From the NCBI RefSeq assembly GCF_009914755.1, contig NC_060930.1: 64,000 nucleotides of DNA; one strand, given 5' to 3'. Positions 45,234-59,120 of this stretch are shown here, one piece after another (position 1 is the stretch's first letter; each line of letters opens with the position of its first letter). The notes under the pieces were generated by a model, which was not told the origin of the DNA, ran no database searches, and saw only the letters and a program-made list of their open reading frames with translations. This DNA is from the human T2T-CHM13v2.0 reference genome, Homo sapiens. Made by a program: the position numbers and the translations under genes.

Positions 45234-45605
45234 GGCCCAGTGAAGTGGCTCATGCCTGTAATCCTAGCACTTTGTGAGGCCAAGGAGGGAGGATCGTTTG
45301 AGTCTAGGAGTTCAAGACCCCTGGCAACAAAGCAAGACCCTGTCTCTACGAAAAATAAAAAAAATCAACAAGGTGTGGTGGCCAGTACCTGTAATTCCAG
45401 CTACTTGCGAGGCTGAGGTGGTAGGATCGCTTGAGCTTGGGAGGTCAAGACTGCAGTAAGCTAGTGATTGCCCCACTGCACTCAGCCTGGGCAACAGACT
45501 GATACCCTGTCTCAGTCTCAAAAGGAAAAAGAAAAGAAGAAAAAGAAAAAGGAAAAAGAAAAAAAGAAAAGGGAAAAAGAAAAAAAGAAAAAGAAAAAGG
45601 AAAAA
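45234..45605 (+). mobile_element. AluJ with ~88-nt purine-only tail
   Basis: J-type body; TSD aaaa[t/a]acctca[t/c]tg. Confidence 0.9.
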
Positions 45606-46547
45606 AAACCTCACTGGTATTAAATGAATGGAAATTTACCAGCTAAATTACAACATAGTTTTTACATATTTGGCAGATATGATTGTAAAATGCCTATTAT
45701 GAAATTTACGGTTAACAGACCATTTAAAAAATATGGTCTACATAGCCTTTTCAACCACAGCATTCATTAAAACTATGCATTTAAATAAAATGAATAAAAA
45801 AAATTTTTTACAAATAATTTCTAATATGAACAAAGACAGGGAGTATAATTATAAAATAAAAATATTTTGGAAATACACTTATGCAAGTTGTACAATGTAT
45901 ATTAGGCTTGTGTACACATGAATACGTATTATATAATTAAATATATATATATACATATATACATTTGGCTTGTGTGCTAGAAAATTAGTTGATAGGAGTA
46001 AATAACCAAAACTTTGGAGACCACAGGACTAATATGTAAACCAAATATTTTCAGGAGGCAAATTTATATATATAATATATTAACTCTTATACCATGAAAA
46101 AGTAGACTGATTTTACACCCAAGTATTCTAAGTACCTGTGATAAACTTAGGAGGTAAGGAGGTCAAATAATGTGCTTCAAGGAGACTCTTTCAGGCAGCC
46201 TGAAAGCAATGGGGTATCAGGGCAGACAGCTGGGAAACAATGGTTGCTGACAGTACCAGCTGACGTTCAACAACCAGAAAAAGAATGGTTTATATGTTTC
46301 AAGAATAACAAACTGAAAGTATTAATATAGAGACCTAATAGAAGGCAGGTAGGCAAGGTTTGGTCTTTGATGGAGTCTCCCTGAGTATTCAGTACAGTAC
46401 ACATAAAACACAGGGAAAGATTACAAATTATAGAGTTTTAGTTTTCACCTTTTAAACTGAGTTAAAGAAAGAAACCCAACCTGTGATCTTTAATTGTTTT
46501 AAGTTAACTTGCAGTTGGGAAAGAATTGTCCATAGGTTTTTAGAAAT

Positions 46548-46604
46548 ATTAGTAGTAAAATGTAGTAAAATGTAGTAAAATGTAAACATTAGTAGTAAAA
46601 TGTA
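46548..46604. repeat. Short tandem (GTAGTAAAAT)n cluster
   Basis: Three tandem copies plus one displaced copy. Confidence 0.85.
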
Positions 46605-46849
46605 ATTTAAATAAACCTTTTTCTCCTTTCCTTTTTGAAAGTAGACATTAATTTCCTAAAGTGGTGAAATTCTATATTATAGAGATCTATTTTGAATAAA
46701 AATCAGTAACCACAAAACATCAAGAAAGTTTTGCCATCTTCTCTACCTAATGCAATTTTATTACAATCTCATGTAATGAAAATAACACTAGATGCTGAAC
46801 TCTGTAATCTCAATAAATTATTTAAATAAAGTTTAGGTATTACACATGT

Positions 46850-47185
46850 AAGAGTTCAGTTGTGGGTATTCCTGGTTGGATGGATCTCCTCTAAGTGGTG
46901 ACACAGGAACCCAGGTTTCTGTCGTCTTGTGGTTCCACAATCTTCAACATGTCTCCAAATAGCACCATGGGAAGGGGAATCCACACTGAGTCAGACAGAA
47001 GTCAAGAAGTGGAGAAACATGTTTGAGAATATCTCTGGGTCAAGCTTGAAGTGAGCTCATCCTTGTTATCCACATTTATTTGACTAGAAATTAATCATTG
47101 GCCAAATCTAACTGTACATGGCTGGGAAATATTTACATTTATAAGTAGGAACAATAAACGGCCTTGGTGATCAGCTAGCTGCCTT
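46850..47185 (-). mobile_element. MLT1K/L-like LTR
   Basis: acacaggaacccagg...taactgtacatggctgggaaat. Confidence 0.5.
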
Positions 47186-47510
47186 TTCTTAACATTCTTA
47201 ACATCTATTAAAACAGATTTATTTTTCCATAATATATTAAATATTTTGAGTCTTATGAAATAACTAAACATAGAGTAAGGGCTCTGAAAATTTGTTTTTA
47301 GTGCCTAAAATGTTTTAATTTATTTAAATTTTTTTTGAGTGGATGTGCTCTATCATTTTAACTACCAACTCCTCTAATTTGTTCCACTCTGTTTTTGCAA
47401 TCTTATTATAAAATACATTTTAATCATCTTAAAATCGGTGTATTTAGAGTATTATTTTCTAATCAAACATTGTATATGACCTCAACTTTTCTCAAAACTC
47501 AAAAAGTGAT

Positions 47511-47912
47511 TGTGTTAGTGTTTCTGGTCTGCCATAATCACAGACTGGGTGGAATAAACAGTAGAAGTTTATTTACTCAAGTTCTCCCAGCCCAAAGTCC
47601 AAGATCAAGGTTCTGGCCAGTTTGGTTTTTGGTGGGGCTCTCTTTGTGGGTTGCAGACAGCTGCATTCTCACTGTGTGCTCACATGAGCTTTCCTTGGTA
47701 CTTACAAATGGAGAGAGAGAGAAAGCAAGCAAGCATAAGCAATGGAAGGCACTGGCTCTCAGATCTGTCTTACAAACACCAATCCTATTACTTCAGAGGC
47801 CCACTGTTAGGAAGATAATTACTTTCTTAGAAGCCCATCTACAAATACAGGCATATTGGGGTTGGGGCTTCAACATATGAATTTGGGGGACACAAACATT
47901 CAGTCCATAACA
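47511..47912 (-). mobile_element. MLT1A-type LTR
   Basis: tgtgttagt...acaaacattcagtccataaca termini. Confidence 0.8.
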
Positions 47913-49997
47913 GTCCTGAATTCATACAAAATGCTCTTCTAAAATACATATTGATATTTGTATACTTCCAAGTAAACCTTAATGGGAAATAATTTTGTAT
48001 GCCATCCATATTGTGAATTACTGAACATTTTTAAGTGAACAAAGCAAGTTATTTTCTTGATAGCTTTATGAAATTTACCCTAAATTTTGTTGTTTTCACT
48101 ACATACTAGTAATTTCCTATATGCAAAATGTACAAATCATTTCTTCATTTCCCTGGCATCGCCAATGAAATATTTCCAGTGAAAGGAAAAAAAAAACATT
48201 GCTTTATTTACAAAATATCCCTTATAATTTTCATTATTTTTCTGCTTTTGGAAACTTCAAGTGGTTGCAAAATATAGGCAATATTGCACATATTGATTCT
48301 AATAGTGTGGCTAGCAAACCTTACTTCATCTTCTAGGTCCTGTATTTTCTCCTTTTAAAACTAGAGTACCAACTACATAGTCTCTAATGCTTTCCCAGCT
48401 CTAAAAACATGGGTAAAGGGCAGACTTTTTGTACTGTAGCACTCTATAGAACCAAAATTAAAATTAAAATAACTAATTTTTCAGTAAAGTACTTCCATAA
48501 AAAGGTATGTGTAAAGATGAAAAGGAAACTTTTTGAAATAGTTTGATTCAATATGCATCCTGTAATTAAGCTTCTGAAACCTTAGATTCTGGTGTTATTA
48601 AAGTGTTGAACAGTATCTTTTTCTGCAAGTCAGAGGATATGTGTCTCCTCAAAGAACAGAGAAGCAGAGCTAATAGAGGTGTGTTTTACAGAACACTTTT
48701 CAGTGTTAATACCAAGGAATACTTTCACAGAACGCTTGGAAGCCCATGACCACTATAGAAATCCACCTTTTGCCTCTCATTGAAGAGTTAGAGTAAGGAC
48801 TTTTCTTTTTTTTCTCATCTACATTCTCTCCCACCCAAAGGGTGAAACTTAGGTAGTTCTTCAGAAAAATTGAAAGCATTTCTTGTAACTTATACAAAAT
48901 TAGTTTTTCTATATAATTGGTTATCTCCCAGATAAAATAAGAAGCATCAAAGTTTATAGGTAGAATAAATTTTAATATAAAATATTACAGGTGATTAATA
49001 TAAACAATAAAACTAGAAATAATGATAATTAACGTGCTATATGCAAATATGTTTAATTTTTCTATCTAACTTAAAAAAGTTAAGTTAGATAGAAACTTTA
49101 AAATAATTGCCTTGTTAATTAATGCCTAGTTCGTTTAAAAATCATTTAATCACTAAGGCTATAGCTTGAATCAGTAACACTTTCCCCCCAAATTCTCTGG
49201 TCAGTGATTTCAACTCTTCATTCCATTTGGCCACATTAAAAAAAAAAAAAAAAAAAAGGAAAAGAAAGAAAGCATGAAGTGAAAATTTTCTATTTTGGTG
49301 GATATTTCTTGACGCCAGATTGGTTTCATGGGGAAATAGATGAGAGCATGTTATTCTCAACTAGAATGGATTTCTATCTATTTTTAGATGATTTTAGATC
49401 CAGAGAAAATGGTATTAGCATTTTCTCTAATACCATAACCACATTAGCTTTCTAAGCAAACATGGTGTCACCTGTGAACACTTGGGGGAGTCTTACTAAC
49501 TTACCATTGAGAGGTATAGCAACTGTTTCTGGTAGCTGTACTGATTGTTATGGATAATGATTTAATACATTTTAAGATTTTAGAGAACTATTAGTAAAGC
49601 AGGATCCACAGAAAAGTGTTTCTGGTTGTTAATTATGCCTTCAGGGATGTAAGGGCACCAGCATTTGTTAACTATGTGGTTGAAGAAATAAATCCCACTC
49701 TAAGGTGGCTATGTTGGCAGTTTTATCCAGAATATACACTTCTATTTTCTGATCTTTAAAAAGAGAGAGAGAAAAAAATTCATAATAAGTTAGAAGTTAT
49801 TTCTATCTCATAAAATAGCTTATAAATATCTAAGTTAGTAAATTGTATAAAGCTCTGTTTATGATACATCAAGGGCAAATGACAAAAATTGAATAAATAG
49901 GTCTGAATTATCTGATAATTTCATGTATAACTACATGAATTTTTAATCTCACTTTGTCACATGATTTCATTATCTAATTGAAAGAGAAGTTGTCATT

Positions 49998-50400
49998 TGA
50001 TATATTTAGGATGTTTGTCCCCTCCAAATCTCATGTTGAAATGTGATTCCCAGTGTTAGAGGTGGGACCTGGTGGGACGTGTTTGGGTCATAGGGATGGA
50101 TTCCTCATAAATGACTTGGTGCCCTCCTGATAGTAATAAGTTAGTTCCCACTCAGTTAGTTCACATGAGAGCAGGTGGTTTCAAAGAGCCTGGCACCATT
50201 CTTGCTCCCTCTCTCACCACGTGAGATACTGGCTCCCTCTTTGCCTTCCAACATAATTGGAAGCTTCCAGAGGCTTCACGAGAAGCAGATACCAGTGCTA
50301 TGATTCCTGTACAGTTTGCAAAGTCATGATCCAAAATACACCTCTTTTATTTACAAATTACCCAGCCTCAGGTTTTCCTTTATTGTGACACAAAACTCAC
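49998..50400 (+). mobile_element. MSTB-type MaLR LTR
   Basis: tgatat...gtcccctccaaatctcatgttgaaatgtgat; aaattacccagcctcagg. Confidence 0.82.
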
Positions 50401-51944
50401 CATTGCTTTTCTTCTCTACTACAGCGAAGGACACCATCTTTTTCATAGACAAAGAGTAATTCACTTTCCAACTCACCAATCTACATATATTACACCTTTA
50501 GACAAAATATGTAATTTTAAAAATCCCTGTTGGCATAGGTTTATAAACTATGGTCAATTTAAACCAATTAAAGGCTTTAAGTGGTCCTATTTTCCAAATA
50601 TAACGTATAAAACTGAATCAGAAACAAAGGGTCATTTTAACAATGTGTAAAAATTGAAATATAAATTTTAAAAAATCTTAATTACCAAAAAAGCAAATAA
50701 TCACATGTATTTAGAGATGTCTCCTACCCTATTTGGATTTCTGTTATTTATTTTTATTCACTGTTGTCACTGCCATCAATTTTGTCATTGCCATCATCAT
50801 TATCACTATCACTATCTAATATTTTACTGTACTCTTCTTGTGAAATCAGCACTGAGACAGGCACTTTGTTAAACATTGAGTCATGAAATCTTCCCAACCA
50901 CCTGCAAGTTATTATTTCCAAGGTAAAAAAAAGAAAAATAACACATGTAAAATGTAGATAGTTTGCGAATGCAATAAAACACCTTGGATTTAAATTGAGG
51001 TTTTTAAAATTCATATCAAATTGCTTTCTACTGCACCATGCTGATCTCTAAGACTACTTAGAGTTCTAAAGATATGTAACATGTTGAAATTAAATTTGGT
51101 GTGTTTGTCTTCATCAAATTTTAATTGCGCCTATGCCATCGGCATTCTCTTTTTCTCATTTTTGACTTTTTGTTATTCCATGCTATCTTGTACTTTAATA
51201 TTGCCTTCCATCTTCTCTGACTTAATGATTGATAGAAAAGCCTTAAAAAGGTGTAGTTTTTAATATTTTGCCATCTCTCTAAATGATGTAAAGTCTTCAG
51301 CAAATGATTTAAACTTTTAAGCTTTAGTTTACTCATAATTAAAATACTGTCTATTCTGTGCTCCTCAGAGTGACCACAATTCCCTCGCTTTTCATTGGAG
51401 TGACAGTGTTGATAGGGAAAACCTGAAGGAATTATGAGGATATTTCTGTTTTCAATCATAGCACCATACCTTCTTATGAAATGTACTTTTTTCCTCAAGC
51501 TGTCAACACTCCATGTCAGCCTCCTTCCTGATGTGTTAGCATGAAAAGATAATGGAAATATAGAAGCCATGTTTATCAATCATTGACTAGATGCCTTATG
51601 GGAGATGCAGCTGTGATTGCCCTTTGGTGGTACTAATGAAGTTGTGAATAGCAAAGAAAATGTATATGTGAAAAGAGTTTACAAATAAAACGACTACTGA
51701 AGGACAGAGCAATATATGTTATAATATATATTATGTAATAATATAATCTGATATTACATATTAATACAGTAATACTTATCTAATACATATTTTACATATA
51801 ATGTACTGTCTACTTCACATATAATACATAATGTATTGTCATATATTATTTCTTACAAAGAGCTCATAGTGGTAATTTTAATGTATAAAATAACAAAATA
51901 GCATTTTTTTTTTGTACAGCATTAAAAAAATAAGGACTAGGCCT

Positions 51945-52200
51945 TTAAGCCTGAAGGGTGGCTTAAAGCCAGGAATTTGAGGCTAGCCTGGACGACAGAG
52001 TGAGATCCCATTTCTACAACAACAACAAAAAATAATTAGCTAGGCACGGTGGCACCTGCCTATAGTTCTAGCTACTAGGGAGGCTGAGGTGAGAGGATCA
52101 CTTGAGTACAAGAGTTTAAGGCGGTAGTGGTCTATGATCACTCCCTTACACTCCAGCCTGGGCAACAGAATGAGACCCCATTGGCTTAAAAATTAATAAA
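51945..52200 (+). mobile_element. 5'-truncated AluJo
   Basis: Partial left arm plus right arm, diverged. Confidence 0.8.
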
Positions 52201-53309
52201 ATAATATTACAATGTTTAAAAATGAGGTCTAAAGGAAAATATAACTCTCCATAGAATTATGCTAGAGCTTGGTAGATGTATATTGAAAGAGCCCGTTTTC
52301 CTCAGTCTAGTTTAACTCGAATCTCTGCATCCAGTGTTGACATATCCAGAATAATGTGTAAGCTAAACTTGCATTGAAAGGATATCAAAGGATAGAATGG
52401 GTTAATGTTTTGTTCAAATATCTTATTTGAGAAGAAAAGATAGTTTCATGTCTTCTAAATTCCATCATCCAGCTAAAGCCAGTTGAGTTTGATAATACAA
52501 TTGGGCTTCCACCCCAGTAATCTAACTTCATTTCAGATCTGAATCATAGCTGTGGCAGTTCTGAATTATAGCTCATTTTATTAGAGTGCGGATACACTGA
52601 CTAAATCTATACAATCCTCTTTTTCACTGACTAGTTCTGCTCCACATGGATAAAAATGGTACAAACAATGTGAGAGCTTCCAGAAACAAAAGACTACCAT
52701 TGTGCTGAAATTTATTCTTGAAGATGTTTTCTATTGAACATGATAGTTCTGTTTCACCACTGACACTAGGTCTGCTGGTTTTCCCCTCCCGCAACGTACA
52801 CACCAAAGTTTTAGTATTTTTACAAATTGAGTTCCATTACCACCTTTTTCTTTCCTATCTATGTGTTTCTGCATCCCAATTTGCTCCATATCTGAGCCTG
52901 AAGATCCAGGTTCAGTACATATAACATGATTCTTTTCATATTTAACTTTCATATTAAAATGATTTTAATATTAAATAAATATTTAAAATGTTATACAAAA
53001 AGGAAATAATGAACAACATTTGAATACAACTCTGAAATGTTGTTTTGATGTTTACTGAACATATTTAGAAATTATGTAGTACAAATGCTTCTTCTCCAAC
53101 ATTTAATTTTTGAAACATATTTTTAAATGATAAGAGCAAAAATTTTCTATGGGAGAATCATAGCAATTTATGTCATACCACATGAAGTAAAGGATATTTA
53201 ACCTTGTTGTGAGAAGCTCACTATTAAGATTAGGAAATAGTACAGCAATTTTGAAATGAAAATTTCACTTGAAATTTTCCTTATACATTTTAGCCATGAT
53301 TATTATACC

Positions 53310-53700
53310 ATATTTATTGAATGCTACAGTTAAATATGACATTATGCAGCAAATTTAACTGAATCCCTTTTTCATATGTCCACCCTGTCAATAATCATGT
53401 AAAGCACCAGGCATGGCACTATAGAGAGTAAAGATACTCTCTTGGAGCGCATAGTAGGAATATATAGAGTGTAAAGTAGGAATTAGCACATAAGACCAGA
53501 TATTATTTAAGTGCATGCATAATAGACACAAAAATATAAGCTCAAAACTGAGACACAGCTAAAGTGACTTGGGGAGTCAGAGGAGAGCTCAGTTCCATCC
53601 CAGGGATTCAGAAACACTCTGCCCATGAGAGAGCATTGAAGACCCCTTGAGAAGCAGACAGGGTTTGCATGTTCAGAAGTCATAGGAAGACAGGGGCATT
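53310..53700 (-). mobile_element. L2 fragment(s)
   Basis: catatttattgaatgctac; caccaggcatggcacta. Confidence 0.4.
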
Positions 53701-54589
53701 TTTCTCAGTAAGGACAGATTGGCAAAGGCAAACAGTAAAGTGTAGGGTAACTGTAAAGAAAATAACTCATTATGGCAAGAACATGAAATGAAAAGTAATA
53801 AGCTATAACATTTGTAAAATAATTTGAGGCATTTTCATAGAGAATTTTTAATGTAAGGCTCCATGAATTATTTTTAATAGCAGTAATCATAGGTATTAAA
53901 GATCAGTAACTAATTCTTTTTCTTTAGTCATAAGCATGCAAATGCCAGATTATTCAAATCCTTGAATATGCTACATTCTTAAACTTCTTAAAAAAATTCT
54001 TCTTTCAGTGCTAACTGCGTCCACACTACCCCAACCTTTTAATTTGTTCATTTCTTGGTCCCTGTAGCTGAGACAACAGTTATCAAATATTATATGTTAT
54101 TTCCTGAGTAGAAGTAAATATATGTCTGTCAACTGTGGATTTAGCTGGGAGAAATTGAAAGTAAAGAAATAAGTATATTAAAATCAACCATTTGTGTATT
54201 TGTGCTCTTAGAGTAAGGAAGATGACACAAAGAATAATCTTTTCAGTAGCATTCTGCCAGAGATGTGCATTTGTGTTAGCAAAGTTTCAAGTGTAGAGTT
54301 TCCTAATCCTTTGTTACGCAGAGAAGGAAAGATTGAGAGTTATGATGGTAAAACTCGGTAGAACTACCTTGCTATAGCCTGGGATACAGACACTAAGAGA
54401 TTTTAAGGCTCCTTGCAGGTAACGGCCACGGTAAACAAAGCTAGAAATGCATGAGTATAAATAATGTACAAGTTAAGAGTTGACTCTTAACAGTCAAGTT
54501 AACAGAGTTAAGTGTTAAGAGTTAACAAGATAAGAGATAACTAAACACTGAATGCATGTATAATCTTCTGGACTATTTGAATTTGTAAA

Positions 54590-54862
54590 TAATTATATAT
54601 ATATTTATCTTATGTTATTTAAAATATACGTTTATATAGTTATTTTTATATTTATATATTTACTTTTATATTTATATAAAATATAAAAATTCTAATATTT
54701 ATATTAAATTTATAAATTTTACTTTCAGAATTGTATCTATCTAAATCATATTTTTATATATAAACATGTATATGTATGTATATATTATATATGTTTATAT
54801 TATATTAAAATATATATTTTACATTATATTCATTTACATATGTTACAAATATAATGTAAATA
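54590..54862. repeat. AT-rich low-complexity tract
   Basis: Degenerate TA repeats. Confidence 0.85.
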
Positions 54863-55156
54863 ATCATTTGAGTGAGGACAGCTAATCAAAGAAGCACTTG
54901 TTAGTGCCCTGCTTTTTTTTTCTAGATAAATATGAAATTGAGGTTAATGCAGAAATAAAATCTATGCAGTTAAAGTATATCAGTTGTTTGTTGTTTGCAT
55001 TTAACTTAGTAAACACAATATGAAATAATGATTATGTTGAAGGATGAGATTAGTAATCATGTTACCTTACATTTTTATAGTATGCAGCAATTTTAATTTA
55101 TCGATCCCTAAATTCTATTAAAATTACTGACACAATATATTAGTTTTCAAAGTACA

Positions 55157-57417
55157 TGTATTAATCTGTTCTCATGCTGCTAATAAAGACATACCCAAGA
55201 TTGGGTAATTCAGAAAGAAATGAAGTTTAATAAACTCACAGTTTTATGTAGCTGGAGAGGCCTCACAATCATGGTGGAAGATAATGGAAGAGAAAAGGGA
55301 CTTCTTACATGGCAGTGGGCAAAGACAGTTTATACAAGGGAACTCCAGTTTATAAAACCATCAGATCTTCTGAGACTTATTCACTACCACAAGGACAGCA
55401 TAGAAAAGACCATCCCCCAAGATTCAATTACCTCCCACCGCGTCACTCCCATGACACATGGGAATTATAAGAGCTACAATTCAAGATGAGATTTGGATGG
55501 GGACACAGTCAAACCATATTATTCCACCCCGGCCAATCCCAAATCTCATGTTCTCACATTTTAAAACCAGTCATGCCTTCCCAACAGTCCCCCAAGTTCT
55601 TAACTCATTTCAGCATTAACTTAGAAGTTCACAGTCTAAAGTCTCATCTGAGAATAGGTAAGTACCTTCTGCTTAGAGCCTGTAAAATCAAAAGCAAGTT
55701 AGTCACTTCCTAGACACAATGGGGGTACAAATATTGGGTAAATACACCCATTCCAAGTGGGAGAAATTGGCCACAATGAAGGGGCTACAGGCATCATGTA
55801 AGTCCAAAATCCAGCAGGGCAGCCAAATCTTAAAACTCCCAAATGAACTCCTTTGACTTAATTTCTCATCTCCAGGTCACCTTGCTGCAAGAGGTGGTTT
55901 CCCATGGTTTTGGGTAGCTCCACCCCTCTGGCTTTGCAGGGTACAGCCCACCTCCTGGCTGCTTTCTCAGGTTGACATTGAGTGTCTGTGGTTTTTCCAG
56001 GTGCATGGTGGAAGCTGTCCCCAGGCGCATGGTGCAAGCTGTCAGTGGATCTATGATTCTGAAGTCTGGAGGATGGTGGCCCTCTTCTCACAGCTCCACT
56101 AGGCAGTGTCCCAATGGGGACTCTGTCTGGGGGCACCCAGCCCACATTTCTCTTCCACACTGCCCTGGCAGAGGCCCTCCATGAGGTCCCCATGCCTACA
56201 GCAAACTTCTGCCTGGACATCTAGGTGTTTTCATACATCTTCTGAACTCTAGGTGGAGGTACCCAAACCTGAATTCTTGACTCCTGCACACCTGCAAGCT
56301 CAACACTACATAGAAGTTGCCAAAGCTTGGGGCTTACTCCCTCTGAAGCCATGGCCCAAGTTGTACCTTGGTCCCTTTTAGTCATGGCTAGAGCAGCTGG
56401 GACTCAGGACACCAAGTCCCTAGGCTGCACACAGTAGAGGACCCTGGGACTGGCCCATGAGACCATTTTTTCTTCCTAGGTCTCCTGGCCTGTGATGGGA
56501 GGGGTTGCCACAAAGGTCTCTGACATGCCCTGGAGATATTTTCTGCATTGTCTTGGCAATTAACATTTGGTTTCTCGTTATTTATGCAATTTTCTGCAGC
56601 CAGCTTGAATTTCTACCCACAAAATGGGTTTTTCTTTTCTATTGCATCATCAGGCTCCAAATTTTCCAAAATTTTTAGGCTCTGCTTCCTCTTGAGCAAC
56701 TTGCTGCTTAGAAATTTCTTCCAACAGATATCCTAAATCATTTCTCTCCAGTTCAAAGTTCCACAGATCTCTAGGGCAGGGCCAAAGTGCCACAAGTCTT
56801 TCTGCTAAAATATACCAAGAGTCACCTTTACTCCAGTTCCCAATAAGTTCCTCATCTCCAATCTGAGATAAGCAGCACTTGGTCAAAGCCATTCAACAAG
56901 TCTCTAGGAAGTTCCAAACTTTTTCACATTTTCCTGTTTTCTTCTGAGGCTTACAAACTATTTCAACCTCTGCCTGTTACGCACTTCCAAAGTCGCTTCC
57001 ACATTTTCAGGTATCTATATAGCAGTGCCCCACTACCTTGTACCAATTCACTTTATTAGTCTGTTCTTACACTGCTAATAAAGACATACCTTAGACTGGG
57101 TAATTTATAAAGGAAAGAGGTTTAATGGACTCACAGTTCCATGTGGCTGGGGAGTCCTCACAATCATGGTAGAAGATGAAGGAAGAGAAAAGGGACTTCT
57201 TACATTGCAGTGGGCAAAGAGAGAGCTTGTGCAAGGGAATTTCTGTTTATAAAACCATCAGATCTCATGAAAATTATTCACTACCATGAGAACAACATGG
57301 GAAAGACCCACCCCCATGATTAAATTACCTCCCATCAGGTTCCTCCCATGATACATGGAATTATGGGAGCTACAATTCAAGATGAGATTTAGGTGGGGAC
57401 ACAGCCAAACCATATCA
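55157..57417 (-). mobile_element. Full-length THE1 (C-like) MaLR provirus: 3' LTR 55157-55521, internal 55522-57051, 5' LTR 57052-57417
   Basis: Two direct LTRs ending aaccatat[t/c]a, THE1-internal between them, TSD g[t/c]aca. Confidence 0.93.
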
Positions 57418-57779
57418 GCACATAATATGAACAAGAGTTATTATTATTATTTTTCAGATGAAACTTGTGGGAGCAGAGCCAAGACATCTACATTGATACC
57501 TGAGACTTCTGTGTGGAGTCTTTCTCCTGCATCAATCCACTCTCTGTAAAAATGTTTACTGTTTATGATTAGATTAATTTTAAGCAGCCACCTCACTTTC
57601 CCAATGCAATAATTTAGAAAACTCAGTGGAATTTTGATTATGTTACCTACATCCTATGGGCCATTTTACCAGGAAATGAGTCACAAGCAAATTGATATCT
57701 TGAGACCTCTTTTGGAAGAGCTTACAGAGAGAAAAAAGTTTCAAAACATTGATAAAGCAGGAGCTGCTTTATTATATAG

Positions 57780-58112
<333 letters not shown>

Positions 58113-58899
58113 TGAAACTCAACCTGGATCTTTTACCTGTCTTATTAAACAAATTAGAGGAGAAAGAGGATAGAGCTATTGGTTAATGAAATGAGGTTAA
58201 TCAATTGAAATGAATGGGTTTACTGTTTTGATTGAATTTTAATTTAAGACATAATACCTTCTAATTTCAAGCAATGTGTTCACAATGACATGAAGAGAAA
58301 ATCTATATAAAGATTTTTTTAATTTCCAAATTTTAATAGAATACTTCATTTTAAAATTAGTATTAAAATTACAGTTGGTACTAAACAAAATTATCTGAAA
58401 AAAATTTTCTATATAGCTATCACTAGTTCCATTTATTACTAAAACAAGAAAATATAGATTTCCATCTGGTCATGATTACAAAATGTCATGTAATGTAAGA
58501 TTTACCACACATTTAATTATAGCTCTTCAAGAAAAGAAAGGCTAAATTAAATACATACATCTATTTTAATGCATATTATAATTTTAGTTACGTACAAATG
58601 TGAACAAGTATAAATCTGATAATTGAAAAAATAAAATAATTTTCTGTAATAATTATAAGATCATTAAAACAATTAAAATTACAGTCAAGTCATGGTTATT
58701 TTGGCTTTATTAAAAATACGAACTGTGAATATACCATTCTTGGTTTTAAAACTTACCTCTGGCACTTTTTGCTTTGTAGCCCTCAGAAGTGGCTTAACCT
58801 TACTCTTATTTGGTTTCTACTTCTATAAAACAATAATAATAATACGTATCTCATTAGAATAGTTGAGGGAAAAATTCAGCTAATGCTTGTTAAATGATA

Positions 58900-59120
58900 A
58901 CCAGACTGACCAATTTGGTCAAACCCCATCTCTACTAAAAATACAAAAATTAGCCAGGTGTGGTGGCATGCACCTGTAATCCCAGCTACTCAGGAGGCAG
59001 AGGCAGGAGAATTGCTTGAACCCGGGAGGCGGTGGTTGCAGTGAGCTGAGATCACCTGCCACTGTACTCCAGCCTGGGGGACAGAGCAAGACTCTGTCTC
59101 AAAAAAAAAAAAAAAAAAAA
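58900..59120 (+). mobile_element. 5'-truncated AluS inside a MIR (~58760-59180)
   Basis: Starts mid left arm, A20 tail; MIR motifs on both sides. Confidence 0.85.

Noticed and set aside
47395-51579. 161-aa (47395) and 152-aa (51121) ORFs
   Set aside because: The first is mostly MLT1A sequence. The second has a non-ATG start and no recognisable domain or exon context.
55220-57549. ORFs within THE1
   Set aside because: Broken MaLR LTR/internal frames; no intact gag-like ORF.
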